Shown: positions 40,909 through 51,500 of the stretch, one piece after another
How positions within the stretch are numbered: the first letter of the stretch is position 1
Layout: every line of letters starts with the position of its first letter
From: a bacterium
Lineage (GTDB): Bacteria; UBA8248
Assembly: GCA_965219955.1 (NCBI GenBank)
Contig: OZ244799.1
Span: forward strand, 2,208,001-2,272,000
Direction: 5' to 3'
DNA length: 64,000 nt
The notes under the pieces: model-generated
The model's database searches: none
What the model saw: the letters and a program-made list of their open reading frames with translations, nothing else
Told to the model about the DNA's origin: nothing
Position numbers and translations under genes: made by a program

Positions 40909-41946
40909 TTACATCCAAAATCCCGGATGCAGGAGACCTTGCGTCTCGGGAAGCCCCAGCATCAGGTTCATGTTCTGCACCGCCGCCCCCGACGCGCCCT
41001 TCACCAGGTTGTCTATCGCCGCGACAATGATGAAGCGCGAGGTGCGCTCATCATACGTCAGGCCGATATCCACATAGTTCGAACCGGCCACCTGCGTCAC
41101 GTTGGGAAACGCGCCCTCGGGCATCAGGCGGATGAACGGCTCATCCGCATAGGCGTCGCGCAGCGCCCCCCGAACCGCCGAGGCGTCCGCGCCACCCTCG
41201 CCCTCCGTGTAGATGGTCGAGAGAATGCCCCGGGTCATGGGCGCCAGATGCGGGGTGAAGGAAACCTGCACGGCTTCGCCCAAGGCGACGGACAACTCCT
41301 GCTCGATTTCGGGCGTATGGCGATGGGTCCCCACGCCGTAGGCCTTGAAGCCCTCGTTCACCTCGCTGAACTGAATGCTCAGGTCCGCTTTTCTGCCCGC
41401 TCCCGAAACGCCAGATTTCGCATCCACGATGATGGAGCCGGGCTTGATGAGCCTCGCCCTCAAAAGCGGGGCCAGCGCCAGAATCGCTCCCGTGGGGTAG
41501 CAACCCGGGTTCGCGACGAGGCGCGCTTTTCTGACCTCCTCCCGGTAGAGTTCGGGCACCCCGTAGACGGCGTCCGCTATTCTTTCCGGCGAGGTATGCT
41601 CCGTCTTGTACCAGGCCTCATAAACGCCGAAATCCCGCAGGCGGTAATCGGCGGAGAAATCCACCACCCGGTGACCGGCATCCAGCAGGGAGGGCACGGT
41701 GTTCATCGCCACCCGGTGGGGCAGACAGCAGAACACGATGTCGGCTCCCTCGCAGACGGCGAGTTCGAACTTCACGAGCGTACCGCCATGCACGGAGACG
41801 AGAGCGGGAAACACCTCATCCACGCCCTTGCCGGCATAGGTCTCGGACGTGAGGGCGATCACCTCCACCCCCCCGTGGGACCCGAGAAGCCTCAACAATT
41901 CAAAACCCGTATATCCCGTGGCGCCCACCACGGCGATTTTCGGCAT
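40909..41946 (-). CDS. argC: N-acetyl-gamma-glutamyl-phosphate reductase
   Basis: GATGYTG, ANPGCYPT, SGVSGAG and DNLVKGASG motifs. Confidence 0.98.
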   Translation of the reverse strand: MPKIAVVGATGYTGFELLRLLGSHGGVEVIALTSETYAGKGVDEVFPALVSVHGGTLVKFELAVCEGADIVFCCLPHRVAMNTVPSLLDAGHRVVDFSADYRLRDFGVYEAWYKTEHTSPERIADAVYGVPELYREEVRKARLVANPGCYPTGAILALAPLLRARLIKPGSIIVDAKSGVSGAGRKADLSIQFSEVNEGFKAYGVGTHRHTPEIEQELSVALGEAVQVSFTPHLAPMTRGILSTIYTEGEGGADASAVRGALRDAYADEPFIRLMPEGAFPNVTQVAGSNYVDIGLTYDERTSRFIIVAAIDNLVKGASGAAVQNMNLMLGLPETQGLLHPGFWM

Positions 41947-42027
41947 CTCCCTATCCTCCGGAATCTCAGGCGATTCGCATCATATCTTCATCAGGAGAAA
42001 CATCCACCGCAATCCATTATTTCGCAC

Positions 42028-42055
42028 AAAAAAAGGGGCCGGCAAAGCCAGCCCC
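42028..42055 (-). terminator. Rho-independent terminator after rpsI
   Basis: Minus strand GGGGCTGGC-TTT-GCCGGCCCC followed by a run of seven T. Confidence 0.8.
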
Positions 42056-42075
42056 CGAATCGACCACCGATGTGG

Positions 42076-42471
42076 TTAGCGCTTGGAGAACTGGAAGCTC
42101 TTGCGCGCGCCTTTCAAGCCGTATTTTTTACGCTCTTTGACGCGGGAATCGCGCGTGATGAGACCCGCTTTCTTGAGAATCGTCCGAAACGCGGGGTCCA
42201 CGTCCAGCAGGGCTTTCGAAATGCCGTGGCGAACGGCGCCCGCCTGGCCGGTGAGTCCACCGCCCTTCACGGTGGCGCGAACGTCGTAGCTGCCCCACGT
42301 CTCGGTCAACTCGAAGGGCTGCTTGATCACCATGAGCGAGGTGTCGCGGAGGAAATACTCGTCCGCAGGCGTGTTGTTGACCAGAATCCTGCCGTCGCCG
42401 GGCTCTATCCATACGCGCGCGACGGCCGTCTTGCGCTTTCCCGTGGCGTAGTGCTTCGGTATCGTAGCCAT
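42076..42471 (-). CDS. rpsI: 30S ribosomal protein S9
   Basis: [21 protein letters not shown] and ERKKYG...QFSKR motifs. Confidence 0.99.
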   Translation of the reverse strand: MATIPKHYATGKRKTAVARVWIEPGDGRILVNNTPADEYFLRDTSLMVIKQPFELTETWGSYDVRATVKGGGLTGQAGAVRHGISKALLDVDPAFRTILKKAGLITRDSRVKERKKYGLKGARKSFQFSKR

Positions 42472-42496
42472 GTCGATTTCAAAAACCTCTCGGAGT

Positions 42497-42946
42497 TCAG
42501 TCCAACTGAATCGGTTCGGGGCGTTGCGCCTCGTGGGGATGCTTGTCGCCCGCGTATACCTTGAGTTTTTGCAGCAGGGAGCGCCCCAGCTTGTTTTTCG
42601 GCAACATGCCCCGCACGGCGTGTTCTATCACACGCTCGGGATGCGTTTCCAGCATGCGCCCCGCGCTCACCTCCTTGAGATGCCCCGGGTAGCCGGAGTG
42701 GCGGTAATACTTTTTGTCCGAAAGCTTGCGGCCCGTGAGGACAATGCGCTCCGCGTTGATGACGACCACATATTCGCCGTTGTCGACATGGGGCGTCCAG
42801 TCGGGCTTGTGTTTCCCGCGCAGCAGCGTCGCCACGCGCGTGCTAAGACGCCCCAGCGTCTGATCCTTCGCATCCACCAGCACCCAGCCGCGCTGGGCAT
42901 TGGCCTTCTCTTTCGTGAGGCTGACAGTCTTCTGGTACATTCTCAT
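42497..42946 (-). CDS. rplM: 50S ribosomal protein L13
   Basis: [23 protein letters not shown] and GMLPKN motifs. Confidence 0.99.
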   Translation of the reverse strand: MRMYQKTVSLTKEKANAQRGWVLVDAKDQTLGRLSTRVATLLRGKHKPDWTPHVDNGEYVVVINAERIVLTGRKLSDKKYYRHSGYPGHLKEVSAGRMLETHPERVIEHAVRGMLPKNKLGRSLLQKLKVYAGDKHPHEAQRPEPIQLD

Positions 42947-43146
42947 CGATTCTCTTCTCTCTTTCAGCTGACAAAGAATCTTCCCTGGAGAAGACGAAGG
43001 TGTATATAAACCCCAGATGGCCGGGGGATGTCAACCACCTCGCGCGGAATTTTCAAAGAATGCGGCGCATCACATATCTTGTTGTTTTTATTGATTTCAT
43101 GGATCAAATCGACTCAAGGCGAAATCTTCACTTGCAGGGGAGCCCG

Positions 43147-44445
43147 TCAAAGTCTGAACAAACGGCCGTTTTGACGGAAATCCCTGAAAGCGTTGCGCGT
43201 ATCCACGATGCAGTTCGCATGGGCGTGGATGAGCTTTGTATCCAGTGATTCGTGGTTCACAAGCACGATGACGCAGTCGTATTCACGCAGTGAGCCGGGA
43301 CTGATGGGCTGAGAATGCGCCCTGATCGGGAGAGCGTCGATTTCCGTAACATGGGGGTCCGAATAGCAAACGACCGCTCCGAGGCGCACCAGACGGAGCC
43401 AGACGTCGAGGGCGGGGCTCTCTCTGATGTCGGACACGTCCGCCTTGTAGGTCACTCCCGCCAGCAGGATTCTCGCTCCTTCAAGCGCTCTGCCGGTCGC
43501 GTTCAGAGCCCTGGCCGTGAGTTCCACAACGAACTGCGGCATCGAGTTGTTCACCTCACCGGCCCGTTCGATGAGCCTCGCCTCGAACCCCGCCTGCCGC
43601 GCCTTCCAGGACAAGTAGACGGAGTCCACGGGAATGCAATGCCCGCCGAGGCCCGGCCCCGGATAGAAGGGCATGAAGCCAAAAGGCTTCGTTTTCGCCG
43701 CCTCGATCACCTCCCAGACATCCAGGCCGAGGGCATGGCACATTTTCGCCACCTCGTTCACCAGGGCGATGTTGACGCTTCGAAAGGTGTTTTCCAGCAA
43801 CTTCACCATCTCGGCAACCCGGGGCGAGGTGACCCGCACGATCCGCTCGACGGCGCCTTCATACAGGGCGCAGGCGCACTCGGCGCACCCTGGCGTCACG
43901 CCGCCCACGACTTTCGGTATGTTTCTCGTGCCAAATCGCTCGTTTCCGGGGTCCACGCGCTCGGGCGAGAAAGCGAGATAGAAATCCTCGCCCACATCCC
44001 AGCCTTCTTTCGACAAAACGGGCAGAACGATTTCCTCCGTAGTCCCTGGATAGGAGGTGCTCTCGAGCACGTAGAGCTGCCCCCTTCGTCGATTCCGCCC
44101 GATGCTCTCCACTGCGGATTGTATGAAGGACAAATCCGGGTCCCGGGTCTTCCCCAACGGCGTGGGGACGCAAATGCTGACTGCATCGACCTCCGCAATC
44201 GCCCGGTCATCACAAGTGAACTCGAGCCGATCTGTGCTCAACCCCGCAGATAAGCTTTTGGGAGAAACATCCCCGATGTGGCTCTTCGCCGCTCGTAGAT
44301 CGCGAACACGGCGGCAGTCCGTGTCCAGCCCCACCACCCGGTAGCCCGCGCGCACAAACTCCAGCGCGAGCGGGAGCCCGGCGTATCCCAGGCCCATCAC
44401 GCATACGCGGACTTGTTTTTTGCGGATTTTTTCGATGAGTTGCAC
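43147..44445 (-). CDS. UDP-N-acetyl-hexosamine dehydrogenase (WbpA/WecC-like)
   Basis: GLGYAGLP, CVPTP, ESTSYPGTT, SPERVDPGN, KLLENTFR and GGHCIPVD motifs. Confidence 0.92.
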   Translation of the reverse strand: MQLIEKIRKKQVRVCVMGLGYAGLPLALEFVRAGYRVVGLDTDCRRVRDLRAAKSHIGDVSPKSLSAGLSTDRLEFTCDDRAIAEVDAVSICVPTPLGKTRDPDLSFIQSAVESIGRNRRRGQLYVLESTSYPGTTEEIVLPVLSKEGWDVGEDFYLAFSPERVDPGNERFGTRNIPKVVGGVTPGCAECACALYEGAVERIVRVTSPRVAEMVKLLENTFRSVNIALVNEVAKMCHALGLDVWEVIEAAKTKPFGFMPFYPGPGLGGHCIPVDSVYLSWKARQAGFEARLIERAGEVNNSMPQFVVELTARALNATGRALEGARILLAGVTYKADVSDIRESPALDVWLRLVRLGAVVCYSDPHVTEIDALPIRAHSQPISPGSLREYDCVIVLVNHESLDTKLIHAHANCIVDTRNAFRDFRQNGRLFRL

Positions 44446-44577
44446 GGGACCCTCCAGAACAGAAAAAATGAGGGTCCTCTGAGAACGATTCTAGTATAGA
44501 ATAAGAACAAGTATTTCCGCATATCGTTTGATTCATTCAATGGCCATCACGGCGCTTACACAACGGGAGATTCGAGC

Positions 44578-45546
44578 ATGAAATGGTTGACCGGACTGGC
44601 TGCGGGCCTGCTCCTTTGGGCGGGCACAGCCCATGCGGCGGAAAAATGGAACATGCCGACGGCGTACGGGAACGCCATCTACCACACGCAAAACGCAAAA
44701 CTCTTCGCCGAGGCGGTTGGCGTATGCACCGGCGGGAAACTCGATATCGTGGTGCATGGAGGCGGTTCCCTCATCAAGGGCGGCGAGATAAAGCGCGCCG
44801 TACAAACCGGGAAGGTGCCCATCGGCGAGCGGCTGCTGAGCGCCCACCAGAACGAAAACGCCGTCTTCGGATTCGACTCCGTGCCGCTACTGGCCACGTC
44901 CTTCGAGGCGTCCGAGAAGCTCTGGCAGGCAGCTAAAGGCCGGCTGACGAAGATTCTCGCCGCGCAGAACCTCGTATTGCTCTACTCCGTCCCCTGGCCG
45001 CCTCAGGGAATGTATTTGAAGCGCGCGATCGGCGGCGTCGCCGACATGCGCGGGATCAAGTTTCGCGCCTACAACGACGCGACGGCCCGTTTCGCCGCTC
45101 TCGCCGGAATGCCCTCGGTGCATATCGAACTCGTGGAACTCGACCGGGCGCTTGCGAGCGGCAGGGTGGAGGCCTTCATCACTTCGAGCGCGACCGGTTA
45201 TTACCACAAGCTCTGGAAGCGCATGAGCCATTTCTACGATTTGCGAGCCTGGGTGCCGCGCAACTACGTGTTCGCGGGCAAGCGCGCCTTCGAGGCGCTC
45301 GACGCACACGCCCAAAACTGCCTGCGCTCCTCTGCGCTATTGGCCGAAGCGGCGGGAACGGCGCGGGCGCGCGAGTTGACCGGCTTTTACCTCGAACAAC
45401 TCGCCGCAGGCGGCATGAGCGTGCAGAAGCCGGGTGAGCGGCTCGCCGCCGATCTCAAGAAAATCGGCGAAACCATGTCCGCCGAATGGAGCAAGGCCGC
45501 AGGCGCCGAGGGTGCCGCGATCATCAAAGCCTTCAGGGGGAAGTAA
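44578..45546 (+). CDS. TRAP transporter substrate-binding protein (DctP family)
   Basis: Signal peptide ..AHA-AEKW; GGKLDIVVH, PWPPQG and GIKFRAY motifs. Confidence 0.88.
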   Translation: MKWLTGLAAGLLLWAGTAHAAEKWNMPTAYGNAIYHTQNAKLFAEAVGVCTGGKLDIVVHGGGSLIKGGEIKRAVQTGKVPIGERLLSAHQNENAVFGFDSVPLLATSFEASEKLWQAAKGRLTKILAAQNLVLLYSVPWPPQGMYLKRAIGGVADMRGIKFRAYNDATARFAALAGMPSVHIELVELDRALASGRVEAFITSSATGYYHKLWKRMSHFYDLRAWVPRNYVFAGKRAFEALDAHAQNCLRSSALLAEAAGTARARELTGFYLEQLAAGGMSVQKPGERLAADLKKIGETMSAEWSKAAGAEGAAIIKAFRGK

Positions 45547-45590
45547 AACTTCAGGATGCGGTCTTTTACAGCTTTATCGAGGATGAAGTA

Positions 45591-45845
45591 ATGCAACTCA
45601 ACATCAAAGATGCCGACACCCACGCGCTGGCGAAGAGGCTCGCGAGTCTCACCGGCGAATCCATGGCCAAGGCCGTCAAGCGCGCCATACAGGAGAAGCT
45701 GGCGCAGGTGGAGAAGATGCGGGGCGGGCCCCCGCTCGCCGATGAACTGGATCGCATCGCCCTGTATTGCGCCAGTCTGCCAAGGCGTGACGGGCGAAGC
45801 AGCGATGAGATCATCGGGTATGACGAAAGCGGCTTGCCCGCTTAA
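45591..45845 (+). CDS. VapB-type antitoxin (Rv0623-like RHH protein), orphan
   Basis: LNIKD....LA..LA..TGES...AV and C-terminal DEIIGYDE.GLP, typical of this family. Confidence 0.85.
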   Translation: MQLNIKDADTHALAKRLASLTGESMAKAVKRAIQEKLAQVEKMRGGPPLADELDRIALYCASLPRRDGRSSDEIIGYDESGLPA

Positions 45846-45929
45846 TCATCACCGCATTTCGGCGCTTTCAAGGGTAGAAGATGTTCAGAAACGCCTTTGA
45901 TGTTTCCCACACCCAAGGCGCGCGGCGCG

Positions 45930-46559
45930 TTAGACGTTCATGACGCGGACGAGGGGCGCGCTTTCGTGCAGATCAATCACGTTCAGGGCCGCAAAATCCT
46001 GCTCCAGCCGGAAAAAGCTATTGAGCGGAGCGCCCAGCGCATCGCAGAGAATCACCCGGTTCACCGCCGCATGGGCGCAAATGATGACGTTTTTTTCTTT
46101 CTCCCGGGCGCAGATACCGCGAAACGCGGGCAAGACGCGCGCGGCGAGTTCCGCCACGCACTCCCCGCCGCCCGGCGGCTTGGAATGGACAAAATTCTCG
46201 TAATGCTCGTCCAGGCGCTCGGGTTCTTTTTCCGTGAGGCTTGCGTGCGTCTCCCCCTCCCAATCGCCCAGGTGAAGCTCGGCGATATCGGGAACGACCA
46301 CGGGCTCGAGCCCCAACCCCATCGCTTCGGATAGAATCTCCGCCGTCCTCACGGAGCGGGTGAGCGAACTGGAATAAAGGGCCGTCTCACTATCCAACAG
46401 CCAACCCCGGACGCGCGCCGCCGCGTCCCGAACCTGCGCCTCGCCATCAGGAAGGAGCGGCGCGTCGGTGCTGCCGTAGAAAAACCCCTCTTTCGAGCCC
46501 TCCGCCGCGCCGTGCCTGAGCAGTAGAACGCGCGTGGTGGTTTCGGCCTTGCGCGGCAT
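45930..46559 (-). CDS. Histidine phosphatase family protein (CobC/PhoE-like)
   Basis: LLRHG, SSSLTR, E..LGDWEG, PGGGE and AH motifs. Confidence 0.9.
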   Translation of the reverse strand: MPRKAETTTRVLLLRHGAAEGSKEGFFYGSTDAPLLPDGEAQVRDAAARVRGWLLDSETALYSSSLTRSVRTAEILSEAMGLGLEPVVVPDIAELHLGDWEGETHASLTEKEPERLDEHYENFVHSKPPGGGECVAELAARVLPAFRGICAREKEKNVIICAHAAVNRVILCDALGAPLNSFFRLEQDFAALNVIDLHESAPLVRVMNV

Positions 46560-46656
46560 GGAAACCGTTGTATCGGCCCGCCTTTGGTTCACGCTTTTTC
46601 TCCAACATGAAAACGGGCGCGGAAGCCGCCTCTCGCGCCCAGTACCCGCTACGAAG

Positions 46657-47058
46657 TTATTTCGTGGCCAGCGAGATGTCCCGAACGCCCGCCTCGGAGA
46701 TGAGGCCCATCACCTTGATCACGTAGCCGTAATCGAGGCGCTTGTCCGCCTTGATCGTGAGGGAGGGCTTGAACTTCCCGCTCTCGACGCCCGCTTTCAA
46801 CCGGCTTTCGAGGTCATCGAGCAGCACCGTTTTCCCGTTCAGGGTGATTCGCTTCTCCACGCCGACTTCGATGAGAAACGCTTTTTTCTCCACCACCTCG
46901 GCGCTCGATTTCGCTTCGGGCAGTTCGATGTCGAGCCTGCGGGTGAAATCCACGAAAGAGGTGGAAACCATGAAAAAGATGAGGAGCAAAAAGACGACGT
47001 CGATGAGCGAGGTAAGCTGGAGGCTGTAGTCTTCCTCCGAATCGCCCTGAAAGCGCAT
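46657..47058 (-). CDS. exbD: Biopolymer transport protein ExbD/TolR
   Basis: LTSLIDVVFLLLIFFMV and IKADK motifs. Confidence 0.92.
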   Translation of the reverse strand: MRFQGDSEEDYSLQLTSLIDVVFLLLIFFMVSTSFVDFTRRLDIELPEAKSSAEVVEKKAFLIEVGVEKRITLNGKTVLLDDLESRLKAGVESGKFKPSLTIKADKRLDYGYVIKVMGLISEAGVRDISLATK

Positions 47059-47882
47059 CACGAATCCTCGCGCTGCGGACCCAGGCTCTCGAAGCCCTGC
47101 GCCTCGTCGTGGGGCGCATTGTCCGTGTTCTCGCCGGGTTCACCGGCTTGCGTCGCCAGATTCTGCAAAAGCGCCAGAGCGACCGATTCCATCTCGAACA
47201 GGAGACGGCCGCTGCGGGAACGGAAAAAGTGATACGCCGCAAGGGCGGGAATGCCGATCAAAAGGCCCGCCGCCGTCGTCAGAAGCGCTTCGGATATCCC
47301 CTCCGCCACGAGGTTCGGGTTCCCCGTCCCGGCGCGGCTGATGACGTCGAAGGCGCGAATCATCCCGACGACCGTGCCGAACAGGCCCAGCATCGGCGCG
47401 AGGTTCGCGATGACGCCCAGGCCGCGGAGGTTGCGCGACAAGACGGTCGATTCATGCTGGCCCGCGCCGACCATGGCGCGCTCCATCTCGCCGATCCCAA
47501 GCCTCCGCCTCGCCAGACCCGCCTTGAGAACGCGCGCGAGCGGAGAGTCGAACCGCTCACAGAGGCTGGAGGCTCCCTCGAAATCACCGCTCCGCCAGTA
47601 TCTTTCCGAAGCGCTCACCAGGGCGCCCGGCAGGACTTTCTTTCGCCTGAGGGAAATGAGCCGCTCGAGCGTCACCATGAGCGCGACGACCGAGCACAGC
47701 CCCAGGGGGATCATCGTATACCCCCCCTTCTTCAGAAGATCCCAGGCCCTGGTCGTAAAGCCCCAGTCGGCGAAGCTCGTGGCCGCGAACGCCTGCGCAG
47801 AGGCGAGCAGCACGAAAACGACCGCCAGACTCGCGGCGAGGGCCCACTTCTCGCTTCTTGAATTTTTCGGGTCATGAAACAC
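47058..47882 (-). CDS. exbB: MotA/TolQ/ExbB proton channel protein
   Basis: APMLGLFGTVVGMI.AF and GISEAL.TTAAGL motifs; GTG start at 47882 after AGGAG. Confidence 0.92.
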   Translation of the reverse strand: MFHDPKNSRSEKWALAASLAVVFVLLASAQAFAATSFADWGFTTRAWDLLKKGGYTMIPLGLCSVVALMVTLERLISLRRKKVLPGALVSASERYWRSGDFEGASSLCERFDSPLARVLKAGLARRRLGIGEMERAMVGAGQHESTVLSRNLRGLGVIANLAPMLGLFGTVVGMIRAFDVISRAGTGNPNLVAEGISEALLTTAAGLLIGIPALAAYHFFRSRSGRLLFEMESVALALLQNLATQAGEPGENTDNAPHDEAQGFESLGPQREDS

Positions 47883-48573
47883 CGGGAAGAACTCCTGTAA
47901 CCCGCGCCGGGTCGGTTTCCATCGTGATATGCGCATCGAACACGTCCGCGCAAACGGGGATCAAATCCTGCGCGAGTTCCGGCAGCGGCGGTGAACCCCC
48001 CAGCAGTTTTTCGAGGGAAGTCGTGCGCCCGCCCACCTCGCCGCAGGGGTGCATCATCTCGAAATATCTGAGATCCGGCGATGCGTTGAACGAAACCCCG
48101 TGCATCGTCACCCAGCGCCTCGCGCCCACGCCCAGGGCGAGAATTTTCTCGTCATTCACCCAAAGGCCCGGATTTCCCGGTCTTCTCTCGGCATGAAACC
48201 CCTTCTTCTCCAGATAGCGCCGAAATACCTCCTCAAGCCGCCTGCAGTGGAGGTGCACGTCGCGCTCCCATTCGCGGAGGTCGCAGATGGCGTAGAGCAT
48301 CAACTGGCCCGGACCGTGAAAGGTCACCTCGCCGCCCCGGTTGATCCGGATGAGTGGAACATCCTCGCCGTCGACGGGCGAGCGCCTGAGAAGCACGTTC
48401 GCCTCGCTGCCCCCCTTGCCCAGCGTCATGACCGGATCGTGCTCGAGAAAGAGAAAAACATCCTCCCCGAGGCGGCCCTCGGCGCGCTCGGTCCAAAGCC
48501 GCTTTTGCAGGTCCCAGGCTTCGCCGAACCCCATCCGCCCCAGATAGACGGCCCTGATGGACGGTTTATTCAA
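47872..48573 (-). CDS. lipB: Octanoyltransferase LipB
   Basis: EHDPV.TLG, RGGEVTFHGPGQL, KI..LG, HG.SFN and PCG motifs; TTG start overlapping the dnaE stop. Confidence 0.93.
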   Translation of the reverse strand: MNKPSIRAVYLGRMGFGEAWDLQKRLWTERAEGRLGEDVFLFLEHDPVMTLGKGGSEANVLLRRSPVDGEDVPLIRINRGGEVTFHGPGQLMLYAICDLREWERDVHLHCRRLEEVFRRYLEKKGFHAERRPGNPGLWVNDEKILALGVGARRWVTMHGVSFNASPDLRYFEMMHPCGEVGGRTTSLEKLLGGSPPLPELAQDLIPVCADVFDAHITMETDPARVTGVLPGVS

Positions 48574-51500
48574 AACGAACAGCTCCCGCGCCCACCAGAT
48601 CACCGAGTTCATCGCTCAGTTCCGCCGTCGGCGCCACCACGAACTCCCCGCCCGCCTCGATGCGCACCTCCCGGCCGGGGAACCTGAGCGTGAAGTGAAC
48701 GGCGCAGTTGCCCGGATGCCTCGCCAGCACCTCGCGGATGGACTGCAGGCGATTCGGCGAGCGGCACTCGGGTTCGAGATCGACCAGGACCCTGCTCGCG
48801 CGGTTCACCTCCACCTCGGAGAGAGGCTCGATGGCGCGCACCACCACCTGAACCCCGTCGTCCGAAACCTCGGCGACGCCTTCGACGAGAACGGGTTCCT
48901 CGCTCTCCAGGATTTCGTGGCAACTTTCGAACACGTCGGGGAAAAGCGTCATCTCCGCCGTGCCGACCTGATCCTCGAGCACGAAATTCGCCATGCGCCG
49001 GCCCGCGCGCGTGGTGCGCAGCCGCGAGGAGCGGATAAGCCCTGCCATCTTGAGCTTGCGCGCGCTCGTCACCTCGGCGAGGCGAACGGTGTCGATGTTG
49101 GCGAATCGCTCGATGACCTCCTTGTGATCATCGAGCGGGTGTCCGGAAACGTAAAAACCCAGCACCTCGCGCTCGCTGGCAAGGCGTTCGCCGTCCTCCC
49201 ACTCGGCCACCTCGGGCAGGTGAAGCGCGCTCCTGGCGGCATCCTCCCCCCCGAACAGGGAACCCTGCCCCACGGCGACGCTTTTTTGCTCGCGAATCGC
49301 GGCTTCGAGCACGATATCGAGCGATGCCGTCGCCTGCGCGCGTCCCACATTCAGAGAATCGAAGGCGGCCGCCTTGATGAGGCTTTCGAGCGCCCGCCGG
49401 TTCAGGTGCCGATGCTCCACGCGCCTGCAGAAATCGCCCAGGTCCCTGAACGGCCCCTCCTCGTTCCGGCTCGCCAGAACGGCGTCCACCAGCCCCTCGC
49501 CCACGTTCTTCACGGCGGCCAGACCGAAGCGGATGGCCTCCCGCTCGACCGTGAAATCCTTCTGGCTCGCGTTCACGTCCGGCGGGAGCACGGGGATCTT
49601 CATGCTCCGGCACTCGGCGATGTCGTTGATGACCTTGTCGGCGTTCTCCCTGTCGCACGTGAGAAGCGCCGACATGAACTCGCGCGGATGATGCGTTTTC
49701 ATATACGCCGTGCGGTAGGCGATGAGGGCGTAGGCCGCGCTGTGGCTCTTGTTGAAGCCATAGCCCGCGAACTTGTCGATCTGATCCCACAGGGACTGGA
49801 CTTTTTTCCTGTCGTGGCCGCGCGCGGCGGCCCCGTCCACGAAGTCGGCCTGCTGCTCGGCCATGAGTTTCTGGCTCTTCTTTCCCATCGCCTTGCGCAG
49901 CACGTCCGCTCGTCCCAGGGAGAACCCTGCGAGCGCGTTCGAGATCTGCATGACCTGTTCCTGATAGACCATGACGCCGTAGGTGCCCTCGAGGATGGTC
50001 TGCAGCTCGTCGAAGAAATAATCGATCTGCTCGCGCCCGTGCTTTCTGTTGATGAACGCATCCACCATGCCGCTCTCCAGCGGGCCGGGCCGGTAGAGCG
50101 CGACCATGGCGATCAGATCCTCGAACGTCGTGGGGATGAGCTTCCTGAGATATTCCCGGATGCCCCGGCTCTCGAGCTGGAAGATGCCGGTCGTCTTGCC
50201 CTCCGCGAGCAGGCGGTACGTCGCCGCATCGTCGAGAGCGAGCGTCTCGAGATCCAGTTCTCCGCCTCCGTCGCGCACGAGGTTCACGGCGCGCTCGAGC
50301 ACCGTGAGCGTCTTGAGACCCAGGAAATCCATCTTGAGAAGGCCGATTTCCTCGATGTCCTTCATGTCGAACTGGGTCATCATCTCGCCGCCCGAGGCCT
50401 TATAGAGCGGCACGAAGTCGGTGAGCTTCGACGGCGCGATGACCACGCCCGCCGCGTGCGTTCCCGCGTGGCGGATGTTGCCTTCGAGCTTTCGGGCCGT
50501 GCCCATCAAGCCGCTCACCTTCGGGTCGCGCTCCACGGTGTCGCGCAGGCGCGGCTCTTTCTTCATCGCGTCGTCGAGGGTGATCTTGAGTTCATTGGGA
50601 ACCAGCTTCGCGATGCGGTCCACCTCGCCGTAGGGCATGTCCATCACGCGGCCCACGTCGCGCAGGACACCCTTCGCCAGCATGCTTCCGAAGGTGATGA
50701 TCTGGCACACGTTCTCGCGCCCGTATTTCTCCTGCACGTAGCGGATGACCTCGTCGCGCCGGTCCATGCAGAAGTCGATGTCCACGTCGGGCGGGCTGAT
50801 GCGCTCGGGGTTCAGGAACCGCTCGAAGAGAAGGGAATACCTGAGCGGGTCGATGCCCGTGATGCCCAGCGCGTAGGCGGCCAGGCTGCCCGCCGCCGAG
50901 CCCCGGCCCGGGCCAACGGGGATGCCCTGCTCCTTGGCGTAGCGGATGAAGTCGGACACGATGAGGAAGTAACCCTCGTAATTCTGGCTGTTGATGACTT
51001 CGAGTTCCATCCTGAGCCGCTCGCGGTAGCGCTCCGCCTCGGCGCCCTCGATCCCGAACTGCGCGAGCCTGCCCGCGAGCCCCTCCTCCGCGGAGCGCCT
51101 CAGGTATTCTTTCTTGTCGGCCCCGTCGGGGGTCTGGAAATCCGGGTAGTGGGCCGCGCCGAAGGTGAACTCGAAATCGCACTGTTCGGCGATGTCGAGC
51201 GTACTGGCGAGGGCTTCGGGTACTTCGCCGAAGAGCGCCTCCATCTCCTCTGCGGTTTTGAGATAAAACTCCTCGCTCTTGATCGTCATGCGGTTGGGAT
51301 CGTTCAGGGTCTTGCCCGTCTGGATGCAGATGAGCACCTCCTGGGCGCTGTGGTCTCCCTTGTCCAGATAATGCACGTCGTTGGTGGCGACGAGGGGCAG
51401 CCCCATCTCCTTCGAGAGGGCGATGACCCTCGGGATGACCTGCTTGTCCTCCTCCATGCCGTGGTCCTGGAGTTCCAGGTAGTAGCGGCCCGGGAAGAGG

